This document shows positions 49,535-63,099 of a stretch of 64,000 nt of DNA, in pieces. Under the pieces are notes generated by a model, which saw only the letters and a program-made list of their open reading frames with translations, did no database searches and had not been told where the DNA came from. Origin of the DNA: Pavona decussata (lineage: Eukaryota); NCBI GenBank assembly GCA_977016875.1, contig CDRNST010000034.1:806001-870000 (forward strand), written 5' to 3'. The position numbers were made by a program, and so were the translations under genes. How positions within the stretch are numbered: position 1 is the first letter of the stretch; the number at the start of each line of letters is the position of its first letter.

Positions 49535-52359
49535 AGAATTGTAATACGGTAATATATTATCACAACTTTGTAATAATAGTAGCATTGTAGTTGTTGTATT
49601 ATTATTATTATTTTTTTTTCTTTTCTTAACTATTTGAAAAGTGTAATAAGTATTTATGTAGTGAAATAAAGTTCTTCTTCATTAAAAAAAAAAAAAAAAG
49701 AAAAAAAAAAAAAAAAGAAAAAACTGTTATGCCCTATTTAACCAGTAAAGTTAAAAGAATAACAGCGAACCTGGAAGCAATGACTCCTTTTAAAATAAAG
49801 GTATTAAACTGTGCGTGGAGAGGGATGTACCTTCCTCCTTGCTGAAATGAAAAAAAAATTACTTGCAGTGTTATCCAAGAGGCTGATGAAATCTAAAGTG
49901 ATGACTCTGAAGTGTCTTTTAGTATCAAAGTCACTGATAATGTATTATGTTAATGTAGATGAACTAAACAAACTCGACTCCTGCAAAACAAATACGGTCG
50001 TACAGTGGCTCACCAGTCACAGATGACAAGGGATCATTCAAATCAGTAATGTATAAATAAAGACAAAACAATAAGAGCTTAAATTCTGAAATCAAAAATA
50101 TTACTTTTAACAATCCCTAAACAGTACTACATTCTGCATTGAGCAGTAGAAATAAATGAAAGTGGCATGTGATCAATATCACCAACATCATTTACGGCAG
50201 CATAACAAATGAATGCATCTTAACTGTAATTATTTTGTTTCCTTTAGTACATGTAGTCACCGTTATAATGGAAACCTTTTCAACAATTAAATTTAGTTTC
50301 TTTTTAAAGTGAATAATTAATAGTGCATGTACATTTCCTTAAGATCCATGAAGTAAAACTTATTAAAGGCTGTTAAAACTAGTACCACTGAGTGGTGTAG
50401 CTTGAAATGCAATACACTGCAGTGACCTTTCGTTTGTTTATTTATTGCCTGGGAATGCTGATGTACTAGGATGGTTTTGGTTTTGGGTTTGAGGTGGAGC
50501 TATGCACAACATTATTCCTGGAGTCTGTATTTTCTACACTTCACCCTTTATTGATTAATTATTGATGCAAAAGTAGGGGCAATTACATGAGCCAGATTGG
50601 TTATGTGTCCTAGTAAACTGAGCCAAGATGTTACACGTACAGGTGTTGGCAAAAACTTAAGCATGTTAAGGCATGGCTTGAATACTTGTACCTTACCCCC
50701 AGCAGCGACCCTTGTGGGTTAACCCGTTACAACTTCTCGTAGCGGGATGTGATATGAAAAAAACAAACATGGAGGCATAGAAATGCGTCTTCTTGTGTTC
50801 TTAACCCTCGGTAGTTTAAGTTATTTGGGCAATTTACTACTCCTCTAAAAAATTTTTTTTTATAAAACACGTGATCAAGACCTTGTATACTTGTCCATCT
50901 CAATATGCACTAAAAATTGTTACAAGTGAGGGTAAAAGTTACCCAGGTTTAACCAATCAGAACGTTGCATTTCTAAAGCCGTCACAAGCAAGTAATATTT
51001 ACCGGTTAGAGTAGACTTTGCCACCGTCAAAATACCAGATGTTCTTGAAATGGCTTTTACCTCTTACTGAAATCGATAAACAAGGTGGGATTAAGATTTT
51101 CCCTAGCGACATAAGGTGTTCTTCCAACAAACCGTAAAATTAATTTTTATCCACAGAGGCGATGGCGGGCTTTTGAGCAACGTTTACCCCATAAAGTAAA
51201 CATTACCAGCAACAAAACACTCTAGCAACCAAGTGTTTTTTCGTATATTGATGGATGTATATTATAGATGGTACTTCTATTTCTCTTTCTAAGGAAATTG
51301 AAGTATTCCCTGGCGAAAAAATTGAATAAAGGTTTGCACAAAATGCGTGGCATAACAGACGAAAGGTCACTCGTGAGTCAACTGACGGGAGTAATTATCA
51401 ATGATCACATGTAGTTGAAGATGGTTACTGCCACGATTACATGCCAAACAAAGTCGTTTCAAGCAGTATGTTACTGCTGTTTAGTTTTTAATGAATACAC
51501 ACAAGGTAGTTTTATCTACTAATTAGAAATCGGAACTCACAGAATTCTTTCTGGCGTCAATTTTTTTTCTGCTGGGACAGTAGCTTGACTTTTGTGCATA
51601 AGTAATTTGACACATTTAACCTGAAGGAAAGATAATATTGTTGTCGCCAAAAGTATCAGGTGTTCTACAAGAGGCCATTCGCCAAAATGTTGAAGAAAGA
51701 TACAAAATTACGTGCAATTAAACTCTTCAGTTTCTAAATGTTGAATGGTACTATTAATTTTGACAATATATGATGCTTGCCTTTTTGCAGACGTCTCATA
51801 TCCTGTCAAATCTTTGTTTTGCTCCAAATATATTTCAAAGAGTGTAAAATCTCATTGTCGCTGCGCTTTGATTTGACCTTGTTGAACTACACGCAGCTTA
51901 TTTTCTTAGTAATCGCCTATCAGTTCCCACAGACAAATTTTACAAGAGGAAAGAAGCCCATTACTAATTGGGAGTAATTACAAAAATTTAGCACTTCTCA
52001 ATTTTAGTAAAATTGCACTGTTCATTGTTTCTAGTATTTACAAATGCAGTGTACAAATTATCTGAAAACAGAAATTGGTAATTGTTTATTTTCTTTGACG
52101 TTTTGTTTCCTTTTTCTTAGCTTTAGTTTTCAATGTTTGTTTCCTCTTGTTTCCAACTTGTATCTGTGTGAAATTAAAAGTAAGAAAAAAATTAACACAC
52201 TAGAAGCAGAACTACCTCAACAAATTGGCAATGACATATCATAATCGCAATTAACTTGTAAGGTTTGCAAGGTGAATTCAGTCTTTTCGTGTTTTGGACG
52301 GATCCAAAAACAATGTATTTGACAAGGCTTTCCATGAATGAGACACTAGGTGCCGTTTG

Positions 52360-53740
52360 TTTTATGCTTTTGTTGTAAAACGGTGATACTTACAGGTGGA
52401 AAGAATTTTCTTTGGCTAGGAGTCGCTCCAATTCTTCCTCATGCCTTTGTGGACCTTCTGGTTCTGCTTCCCTTTTCGTGTTGTACTTCATATACCGGTG
52501 TTGGCTTGATAAATCCTGGACTTCTCTTTCTTCCATTTTCACTGTTTCCTCCGTTCTTCCTCCAGGATGATAAAGTTTTCCCACCACTGGTGCTGGCCAT
52601 CGTCCATCCTGTGGGAACTAGATCTCAATTTTGACCGTAAGTCAGTGATTAAAGTTGCCTCCTTTCCATCTAGAGATGGTTGTATGAGGGTCTGTGTTCC
52701 CACTGGGAGGTTGGGAAAAATAATGATGGAGGCGTTGTCAGGTTTCCAAGTTTTGTCCTGGGCTCAATTCTTGTAAACCATCCTGGCTTTTTCGTCTCCT
52801 CCATGGAAGAATTTGAATGAGTGTGGGTAAATGTGGTTTTTGAGTTTAACTATGTTTTCGTCCATCCACCCAGAAATGTCAAAAACCCATTCCACAACTC
52901 GCGTTTCTGGAGCGGGAGTGTATGACTTCGTAGTCGTTGTGTGCAGCTCCAGCACTGCCATCACGTTTCTTGTTTTCAACTTAACAGCAATTCTACTGAA
53001 TACCTGCAATATAATATGACTGATACAGGAAATCTTGTTGCTTAAGCACTGTATAACAATTACTATTGGTTTTTTCTACAAGGAAATTGTTTCGTGGTAT
53101 AGATGTACGGTGACCTGTCAGTTTCTTCAAAATTGAGCTTTGATTTTCAATACAGGAAAGTCGAAGAAGGTCTGATACCATTCTTAAAAAACCTAGATTT
53201 AAAGATAGTACTTTTTATTACTCGTTGGTTGTATTGTATGCATACATGTATGTTTAATGGGGCTAGAATTCCTTGTTTATGACAGCTTAAGTTACCCCTT
53301 ACCTGGTCAACATCTTTGTGGGTGTGCCCAACCATCAGAAATGACATTTCAACCTATGAGGAGAAAAGTACAAATACACGTTTATTACGCTATTTACACT
53401 CACATGGTAAAACTTGGTAAATGCCCCACAGCATCTTTAAATATTTCCTTTACCACCAGCTAAGCAGCAAAGGCCATGATAAATCTGTTTTTATTTTCTC
53501 TATAGCAATTATCCATTTGCAACAGCAAGCATTCTGGAAGGGGTCCTTCCTAAAACCAGTAAACGGATACAATTACGGTTCTGTAACAACGTGATCTCAG
53601 GCTATGAATTGTTTTTCGTTGTAAACAAAAGGTAGGGCTTCCGCTTTCATAGAGAATGAAAAAGGGTTACCTTGCTCAGCTTGGTTAACACTTGGAGAAG
53701 GACGTTCATAGTCAAATTTGAATCATGCTTCCACTGCAGC
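52360..53740 (-). pseudogene. Spliced DDD/E transposase remnant (Sola-like / DUF7869-type)
   Basis: Exonic WKHDSNLTMNVLLQVL, LLLQMDNCYRENKNRFIMAF, SFLMVGHTHKDVDQ|VFSRIA, VFDISGWM...PHSFKF. Confidence 0.7.
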
Positions 53741-53789
53741 AGATCGAGGAAACACATTCATTTTGTCTATGGCAAATCACACCAGTAAT

Positions 53790-54170
53790 AAGAAGTGTGA
53801 TGGCTCGCTCTTACCAAAATGTTAATATGGGCCATATGTGGACCAAAATTGGAAATTATCTGGAGCAAAATATGGGATTGTTATGGGATTTACATGAGTT
53901 TTATATGGCCATGTGAAAACCATATTTTAAAATTTTCTGATGTTGTCATACTGAAGAAGTATGGGTTTAATATGTATTTGGACAATTTCCAGATATTTGT
54001 CATATATGGAAAAATATGGAGGAAAACTAAATTACAATCAGTCAGTTGCAACATTTCCAGATATTGCCCATATATGGAGGAAATATGGAAGAAAAATAAA
54101 AAAACAACAGGTATCAGACCATCCCCAGATGTTGCCCATATATGGAGAAAATATGGAAGAAAACGAAGAA
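53790..54170. repeat. Degenerate CCATATATGG..AAATATGG repeat array (likely a transposon subterminal region)
   Basis: Repeated CCAGAT(A/G)TT..CATATATGGA..AAATATGGA units. Confidence 0.55.
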
Positions 54171-55662
54171 ACATTTATAATTGTACCACTGTGCATAGAC
54201 ATGCAGGTATTCATGCAGCCTGGCCTTTTATAATTATAACTATAAAATTATGATATCTGATTTTGATTTAAGCATTACATGGAGTAATTAAGTTCAGGCC
54301 ACCATAAGGATCCCATATAATAAAGCAACTGGTCTGCAAATACACTATAACTGGAAAACATATCAATTCTCCCTTGCATATTTCACCACATGTTGATTAG
54401 CTGCTTGAGAAGAAAGTAACTCTGAGCACAGTATAATACATCAATATCGAACACTTTAATAACTGGATTAATATATATCTTCATACATTTAACAGATCTA
54501 CTCAAATACTTTTGGAAGAAATTATATTGTCTGTAAACAAAATCATGCATGGAATTGGCTATATATAGATACATGTAACAAAAAAGTACATTATGTTTTT
54601 AACAATCTCATGAAACAAAATAAGCGCACAATAATATTATAAATTAAGCAATGTGTTTGGTTCAACAAGAACCAAAAAATTTGGATTCACCCTATTATCT
54701 CCATATTATCATTTAAGAGGAATTATACAAGCAGTTAAGCCATGTTTCAGGAGTAAGATACTTTGCCATCATGAGTGAATGTAACAATTAATCTTATAAG
54801 AAACATTAAACTGAACCACTGAAATTGCTTCAATCATTTCCATATGTTATTCAGTTACACGTAGCTGCAGTTGATAACTGAACTCATTTAGGTCGCCGAG
54901 CCTCTGTGCACTTTTGGTTTATTTTAATAGTTATTTGAGCGTTGGGGGAGGCTGGAATCTTGCAAAAACTTTCCCTGTAAATTAAAATGTATACAACAAA
55001 ACGTCATTAAAATTCGATCGAGGGTTGTCTTGATATCTGAATGTCTGAGTTTTCTTGGGTCTGAGGTCGGAGTTTTCTAGACACCCCACACAAACCATGC
55101 AATTATCAGTGAATTAAGAAAATTATTGATATTTTGTAAGTTAGTTGTATAATCCGTGTCCTTGCATGCTTTTAATTTAATGCCAGTTTCTATCAATAAA
55201 TTTGTAAAAGAGCTGTTAAATACATTAACAATGAAAAAAAAAAAGAGTAAATCTGTGATCGTACCAATTATAGCATCAACCATGGGCTGACAAAGGGGAA
55301 GTGTCCTAGTTTCTTGCCCCTCTTCAATCCTCTTGCACATGATGTTTTTAACACATCTTTGGAGAAGAATACATCAACAACAGTGTTTACGTACTCTTCC
55401 CATTTTGTACAAGCGGAACATACAGCTCGCTGGTTTGTGTACCAGTATACCCCACTTCCTTCAAAGAACACTTTCACCTGACAAAGAAATAGTGTAGCAG
55501 GAATTAACCGAGAATATACTTTGAAAATTGTACTGTCTGACACTATTCATGCCGCTTTCAAACAGCAGTTAATAAGACGTTTTAATGAAATGTGATTTAA
55601 AAATTAGTTGTGGGTAATTTAAATTATATAAAAAGTGACTTGAAAATACATTTGGTTACAAT

Positions 55663-58487
55663 AATGGTACCCTCAAATATAAAAAAATTGGTATTGAGTT
55701 TAAACAAATAGTCTTCCATGTCATGTAATTATACTGACTGAGAGAAATTGTTTGATACAAATTATGACGTCATTGGTTACCATGGGAACCATGCCACGCC
55801 CCTAAAACCCCTGTTTTAAGCCTCCACTTTAACAGTAATATCTCTACAACAAATGAACATTTCAACTTAAAATTTTCAATATATGCTCTACATTCATAGA
55901 CCTGTGATATAAACCTAAGATTCCACCAAACAAGTTTTTGTTTGTTTTAATTTGAAGGTGCAAATCTATGGAACCAATTTTATAATGACACACCGTAAAT
56001 CGCTGCCCAAAAAATATTATTCAAATACAAGATCATGGTTTGTATTTAGCTTCATATCATAACTACAGTATTGATCAAAAGTTACAGCAAAATTGAATGG
56101 CTCATGTTAATTAGTTTTCCAAGGAGATATGTTGAGCCATTTTCAATATGGTCAAAATCATTTGCTTGAGTGCTTGAGAAAAAGAGACTTAAAGTTCAAG
56201 TATGGTTTTCACAAGCAACAACAAAACTGTCAGCTGCTAGAGTTAACTAAAACTGTCCTGTAGCATAGGTAACTCCCTCTGATTGTTTATTTTTGTCCTC
56301 TTTTCTCTTTTTCTTTCCTCTCAGAACCTTTCTTTGCTTCTTGTTTTGCTCTTCACCTTTGTATAATGCATTATACGCATGTTCTGCATCTAGCATTTTG
56401 CATCCTTCCTCAGTGTACTTCCCACTAGGAATTCCTAGGGCTCCATACAATTGCAAAACAGTTTGAGCACCAACATTAAAATGGGCTACAGCATCAAAAA
56501 GGCCAAATTTTAACACATCTCTTCCAACAAACACTTCTTTGGGTACTCGCTGCCAGACCAGACCATTCAAACGTTCATTTCTGTTTTGCGTTTTTCCATG
56601 CAAACACTTTTGGAGGAGTCCATCATCACTAAGTCTTTGATAAACAGGCTTGACCTTTGCTATGACTTCAAGAGGAAGCCCAGGACCATGCTTATAATTT
56701 GCTCTGTCACGGTGGTACCCACACCAGCTATTGGCTCCAATAGGACAGTAATCATGGAGATGTCGGGACTCGCTTGATGCACAATGAAAAAGACTTGCTA
56801 GGACTGCTTTTTTCATTCCTTGCAAGTCTCCCACATTGCTTCTTATTGCAATACCATAGTAGTTTTGTAGTTTATCTATCATAGAATCTGTCAGTTTACC
56901 TTTTCCGCTCAACCCTGGGGTGTCCTTCTTCAGCTTCCTTAGTGCTGTTCCCACTCTCTTTTGAACATGCCCAATGCATTCCTGTTTGGCCACTTCAATA
57001 CCAGCTGCAGCGTATACATCTTTAACTTTGTTATAACTTTTACTTTCACCATCTCCATACAGTTCCGAATACCTGAGTCTGTGAGTCTCCGCTGATCGCC
57101 TAAAGATTCGCTCAGTTCCTTCAGGTTCCATGGCTGGTGCAGATCCCTTATAGTTTGCAGGACAGTTATTACTGTGATCTGCCCAAAATAACTGGTACTC
57201 TACACTGTTCTTGTCAAGGTGCGAATGCAGTTCACATCGCTTACAACATTTAGACATAGCTTCAGCATCTAGAACTTTACCCGTGTCGATGGAGATGACA
57301 GCAACACATCCATTATTAGACGAGAAGCCACGCTTTTGCCATGTGCCATCACATGACACAGGACAATTCACCATATCATTCTCTTCAGCATTATTTGCAT
57401 TTCTAATCTCAGCAGCAGCATCTGCCATACTCTTTTTTGCAATAGCCTTAATGTTTTTCTTGATTGTATTGCTACTCTTTTGGAAGGGTTTTGCTCCTGA
57501 AGGTGGTGGCATGTTCATTAGAGTGCAAAATTTCTTTGCACCACTGTGCCCTTTTCCCAAAGACCTCATGGTATAAACAAGTCGTCTATTTACCTCAAAG
57601 CTCTTTGTTTGCTTCTTCGATGAGAAGAATTCGTTCTTCCAGCCACAGTTTTCGCAGAAAATCCTTAGACATGAGGCACAGCCACTTCGATGGAAGGGAT
57701 TCTCGTTTAGCGTCAAAGTGAGGAATCCACAATCAGCACATCGTAGCGATGAAATCACACTGCTAAGTATCTCCATATCTACCAATCTGTACCCGGTAAC
57801 GTAACTGGAGCCCTTTTCGTCGCCTTTGTTGGATTCTCCTATCTTTATTTCCTCGTCAGCAGGCTTTGGCAAGACCTTTTCAGTAGACATTGAAGCAATA
57901 TCATCCTCAAACTCGACGAAGCTACTCGAGGCAAGTGGTTCTCCGCTTACATCACATGTATCACTTTGTGTCGACTTGGGGCGCGAGTTTGAGAATTGAT
58001 TGCCACAGAATCTTCTTTTTGGACGTCTTAAAGAGCGTTGCTTTGGCATTACAGAATATTTAAACGATTTAGAGTGAAAAGTTCCCAAGATGAACAGATT
58101 TTTAACCTTCTCCAACAGATGATAACAACCGAAAGCAAATGAAAGCAGACTTTCGGTTCCAGGCTATCCTGGCGCAAGCTTACTTTTCTTCATGTAAGTT
58201 GACACGAGGTGTCCTTATCAACAAGATATCGCTTCCAGCCGAAAAAATCGGAGTTTCACACATGTTTTCGGTCGTTATTGTCAGTAAACAAGCTGTAAAC
58301 AGAACGGTTGCCCATGGCAACCAAAGAGTGAACCTTGGAAACGTCTTGGAAAAATTGTAAAATCTTCTATTCTTTGCAAAAATAACACTTTCTCAGCACT
58401 CCAGAATAATCAAAGATTTGAAACATCTCCAAAACTTTTTTTCCGAAATTTCACAAAAATCGTTGAAAATTAGGGTACCATTCCACC
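55663..58487 (-). mobile_element. Near-complete Kolobok-like DNA transposon in an intron of the BEN gene
   Basis: One terminus reads TTAA|GGTGGAATGGTACCC on minus (58473-58491); the other keeps only AATGGTACCC (55663-72); GTTACCATGGGAACC, GTTGCCCATGGCAACC and TGACGTCA motifs. Confidence 0.7.
56247..58049 (-). CDS. Kolobok-type ('Mutator-like' domain) DDE transposase, uninterrupted ORF; likely start MPKQRSLRR
   Basis: CADC...CENC zinc ribbon, SCDGTWQKRG, YGDGESKSY, ECIGHVQKRVG, LQNYYGIAIR, HDYCP..SWC, TQNRNERLN, terminal YATGQF. Confidence 0.85.
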   Translation of the reverse strand: MPKQRSLRRPKRRFCGNQFSNSRPKSTQSDTCDVSGEPLASSSFVEFEDDIASMSTEKVLPKPADEEIKIGESNKGDEKGSSYVTGYRLVDMEILSSVISSLRCADCGFLTLTLNENPFHRSGCASCLRIFCENCGWKNEFFSSKKQTKSFEVNRRLVYTMRSLGKGHSGAKKFCTLMNMPPPSGAKPFQKSSNTIKKNIKAIAKKSMADAAAEIRNANNAEENDMVNCPVSCDGTWQKRGFSSNNGCVAVISIDTGKVLDAEAMSKCCKRCELHSHLDKNSVEYQLFWADHSNNCPANYKGSAPAMEPEGTERIFRRSAETHRLRYSELYGDGESKSYNKVKDVYAAAGIEVAKQECIGHVQKRVGTALRKLKKDTPGLSGKGKLTDSMIDKLQNYYGIAIRSNVGDLQGMKKAVLASLFHCASSESRHLHDYCPIGANSWCGYHRDRANYKHGPGLPLEVIAKVKPVYQRLSDDGLLQKCLHGKTQNRNERLNGLVWQRVPKEVFVGRDVLKFGLFDAVAHFNVGAQTVLQLYGALGIPSGKYTEEGCKMLDAEHAYNALYKGEEQNKKQRKVLRGKKKRKEDKNKQSEGVTYATGQF

Positions 58488-61400
58488 TTAAAACAAGCGA
58501 CGAGGTTTCAACGCCAGCTTAATTAACGTCATTTAATCAAGTCAAAAGCGTTTGTAAGTTGCGATCTATAATGTCATTTCAACGTCTTTATAGATTACAA
58601 CTTATAAACGCTTAACTTTGACTTGATAATGATGTTAAGCTAGTGTTGAAATGTCGTTGTTTTTTAGCAATTTTTTTAAAATATTGTGTTTTTTACAATC
58701 AAATTCAAAAATTCAAGATGAGAAAAAAAAATCAATTATTCAAAAATTCAACTGAGAGTTTGCAATGGATATTACTTGACTTGTTCATGAGTAAGTACAT
58801 TCTTTCTCGCACAGCACAAACCAATCCCCCATTTTGCAGCAATGTTCGTCAATAAAATGTGAGACTTAAGAAAATTACGTGGTACTCGGGAGCAAGTTCT
58901 CTATCAATAATGCCTGCAGCTGGCTTCCCTTCCATTATTGAGGTTGGTGACTTGGCTTTCACTGCAAGTTTACATTTTCAGATAACGTTTTTTGTTATAA
59001 ATGTGACAGAATACATTTTGTACCTAAACTGAATAAATGTGATTGCCGGAGAGCTTGTTTATAAATTGTGACTCCAATATGTGATCCACAATTCTGATGT
59101 TTTGTGGGTAAACCTCACATTCAGCATCAATTAGAGAAAATGTAGAAACAACCACGGCAAAAAGTCAGATCTAGCTATTAAAATTGAAACTTTTGAAACC
59201 AGATGCTAATCAACATAAGCTGTGACTCCCCACCAAAGGTCAAAATGTTTCTTACAAAATATCGAGTGTACTAATGAATTAGACTACGTACCACCTCTTC
59301 TACCTGTTCTAGAACTGATGTTATAATTTGTTTTATTTATAACTCTTTAATTACCTGCAATGTCAAGCCTCCTTTGTTTCTTCTTTAATTTTTCTTTTAG
59401 GTTTATATTTTCCAGCAACAAGGCTTTACAGTCCACGTTGTCACATGATGTTGTGATCTGCACAGCCTCGTCACTGTCAACTTCACCATCACTTACAACG
59501 TGGGAAATTGTTTGCTTTTTTGCAGATGTTTTGCTGCAAACAGATGTTGGTGTGTCAACAGTGCAGGTCGTTTTGGTCTTATTCTTTGGTCTGCATGGTG
59601 TCTTCGGGGTTCTATTGACTGGTTGTTTCTTGCTAGCGCTTGATCTGGAAGGATCATTCGATGTGTTGGACTCTGTCTAAAAGCTGCCGGGCTAAGGGGA
59701 TGGATATCGTCATGATCAGTTGGCTGCACATGCTGCAGATTACCATTCTGTTGGTGCTGAGAAATTCTCTTTTGGTGCCTGTGGGGTTACGTTCTGTTTT
59801 TTATTTGCGGGTTACTCTTTGCTGGATGGATCAGCTGTGCTCAGACTCTGTGATCTGAAAGCTGGCAGGCTAAGGGGATGGATCACATTGTTGCCTTCTT
59901 GGTGAGGTTCAGCTCACAGATTAGGAGCGTCATTTTGTTGCTTTAAAGAAGAAATTCTCTTAGCAGCTTGCGCAATTCTGGCTGCAGTTCCTGCATCCCT
60001 CCTTTTTTCGGCCTCTACTTTTTCTGCCTCCCTTGGTTATTTGGCTTCTTCTGTTTTTGCTTTTTCTCCCTCCTTCTACTACTCTGGCTTTCTTTGATCC
60101 TGATGGCTGTTTAGGGTTAGGATTAGACGTTTTGGGACTCTTCTTTTTTGCAGAAGCATCGCCGGCCAATGCTTTGCCAACTGCACTTTTTTTAAGACTT
60201 GTTTCGAGAACTCTTCTCTCTTTAAGGAGTTCGCTCTTGTCGTCTTTAATATAAAAAGTAAAAAAAGATAAAAGTTTGTTAGCGAAAACAATGTGTTCAT
60301 GTTTGATTACCCAACCATGACATATATCCAGGCTGTTTTCCGTAAAAAATGTGAAGAACTGTGATCTAGGCTAGATGTGTTTGTTGTGGTCAACCTGCCT
60401 TACTATTGAGCATAAAATTTATTATTCTGAAAAAAATGTGCATGTTTTTGTGGTTTTGATTCAGTCATGTATTGGTTAAACTGAAATTTAAAGCACTACC
60501 CACTGGTTCTAATCCCTCTGAACCTCCTTCCACCTCTACGCCCAACTAAATTATAAAACACTCACCACTAATCTTTATAATTTGCGCTTTGTAGAATTCC
60601 TTGTCCGCTGACCAGAAGGCCAATATGGTTTCACCTTCCTGCATTTCGTCATTATCTTCAGGGTCGAGATACTTCACTTCCCTTTGATTTAGTACCCAAA
60701 AGGTATCTGTTTCGTCTTCAAACTGAACTAGAAACCACTTTTCTACAAGAAGAGATTAACCTTGGTCAGAACAAACTTTGTTTATACTGTTCTACCGAGA
60801 CCTTTACTTGTATTTTATACATTTTATGTCTTGTAAATGTATAAGTTCTATCTATCAGAAAAGCCCGGGAATTAAAGGTGGTTAAAACTTGATGAATATC
60901 TCTGTCTAGAAGAATAAAGTGCCTTTTACGAGAATTTTTGCCCCCTCCAAGAATAATTTCTTCAACTAATTCCTAACAAGTTGAGTTTTTCATGGTCATT
61001 CTTGAATCACGCATTCTTGGTTTCATACACTGCAAACACAATCTCCTCCGAAGTAATCTGTGCTCCTTTTTTATTGTTCCTTTTTGTAAGCTGCATTCGT
61101 TTTGGATTATACAAGAATTTAACAAAAAGAGACGAGTATCACATGATTGGTTTGCCTTAACCAATAGTTAATTAACCGGACATGCCTCTACATTCCGCTA
61201 ATGGGTCCTAATGGAAAGTCTTTACGACAATTTGCAAAAATGACAGCAGTCTACAATCTCACTGTTTCAGCTTTTATCAACTTTCACATATTGCCACGCA
61301 ATTGCGATCACGAGCATTTGGTGTTACATCAAAAAATGCAAAATGTTTTTTGTATCAACAGAAACCTTAAAGTATTGCTCAAATCTGTTGTAGATTGTCA

Positions 61401-61981
61401 GCCCAGCTAGTGTACTAAGGCTACCGTATCGTTGAGTGCCTCTGGCCGCAGATGCACGGCGTTAGGATGGAATGAAAAAAGTAATTAGGCTAACCGTGTT
61501 CAAGTTCTTGCCGATCACTTCCAAAATGCTCTAGAGGAGGTCATGAGTTGTTCCTTTCTAGAGTTCAGTTGATTTGTTTTTCTTCATGTTCCAGAATTAT
61601 TGTGTAACTAAGGGAAGGTGTTGTGGCACCACTTTCACGAAAAAAGATAGGTCAAAATGTAAAGAGAAAGGATAAATGTGTCAAAATTCTAGGAATATTT
61701 TTTTAAAGCAAGTTCTGGTGCAGTCCAAAATTATCAAGTGGAGGAGACAAACATCACGCCACGTTTTTAGCATCTTTTTCTAAAAAAACCGTATCGGCAA
61801 ATTTTGTCTGGTTTGTTTTCTATTTAAACAGTTAAACTTTGATGCTTGAAGAAACATCACTTCTCGTAATTGAACTTTTTATACCTTTTGAATGGAGGGA
61901 ACAAATTTTGAGATAAAGATGTAAAGAACTTGTCACAATGTTCGTCTTTTCTACGCAATCATTTCCGACTGCATTGAAACT

Positions 61982-61982
<1 letters not shown>

Positions 61983-62027
<45 letters not shown>
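61983..62027. repeat. (TAA)15 microsatellite
   Basis: Perfect trinucleotide run at the tail of the L2-like fragment. Confidence 0.95.
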
Positions 62028-62029
<2 letters not shown>

Positions 62030-62620
62030 GCATTTATTTAAACACGATTAAAAGTTCAGCAAAGCTGATGTGGTCGTGCACAATCAATAAAATTAAACTT
62101 CCTAAACTAATCACAATAAAACTAATATAAGAATTCTACGTATTGACAATATATGTGTCTGAAAAGTACTCTTGAGTGACCTATTAAAAGCGTCAATGTT
62201 GCAAATTGATCTCATTTGGTTTTCCAGGGCATTCCACCGAATAATTGACTTGTATGAACGTGATTTCTTGATCATATCAGTCCTAGGCCTGGGTAACTTG
62301 AAGGACATTTTCCTCCTGAAATCGTAGCTACTTACATACTTTACAGAAAGACAGTTCATAGGACATGGTAAAAGATGATAATAAGCATGATGCGCTAAAA
62401 TTACCACAAGAGCCCCAAACGAACATACTGTACGTAACAGAGGGCAAAATAACCGCAAAATAGAAATCAGTTCTCGCCTGACTAGGCAGGAAGTACAGTG
62501 ATTTAAGTAAGTTCAACTTCTGTGTAAACAACTTCGCTAGTTCCTAAGCATCTTGTAGAAACCACCTCCTCGATAACATAATCACCCATCTTAATAGCTC
62601 GTTCGGCCCAGTCACTTGCC
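62030..62620 (-). mobile_element. CR1/L2-clade LINE 3' fragment
   Basis: IEEVVSTRCLG, KLNLLKSLYFLPSQARTDFYFAVILPSVTY, YDFRRKMSFKLPRPRTDMIKKSRSYKSIIRWNAL. Confidence 0.8.
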
Positions 62621-63099
62621 CGCCTCCACTGAGCAGCATATATATGATTTTGTGAACCACATACTTTAGCAAAATGATCACTATAAATTCGACACATTCA
62701 ACTTCTCTCTCTAAAATAGTTAATATGTTTTGATAATCTTCAAGTGATGAGCTTTAGGAAAATATATGGTTTGTTGGGGTTTTTATGGAAAGTCTGGCTG
62801 TAAAACAGTGCAAATGTAAATCGGTAATTTTGGTGTAATCACTCAATGTGAATGTAGTCATCCACGGTCTTACAGAAGCATAAAGATGTGACAAAATGCT
62901 GTCTCTCACCAGCTGCCCGATTGATGTTTGAGTGGTTATCCTACCTTCAAGAAATATGCCATCTGTATGTCAATGTCCCAGGGTTTGTGAAGCGTAGACA
63001 AAATCATACCCCTCCTACTATCTGTTAAAATGGTAAAACATATATTACATTTATGTAACCATAATATTAACAGTGTCCAATTTACATCTTTTGTACACC

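Larger units (their letters stand above)
54890..60745 (-). pseudogene. Multi-exon BEN-domain gene (Tudor-like N-terminus, coiled coil, BEN C-terminus), decayed; probable transposon accessory gene
   Basis: Exons ~60590-60745 (TILAFWSADKEFYKAQIIKIS), ~59355-60247, ~58880-58965, ~55265-55480 (VVDVFFSKDVLKTSCARG...MVDAIIG) and ~54890-54976 (QITIKINQKCTEARRPK*); stops and frameshifts in the long exon. Confidence 0.65.
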
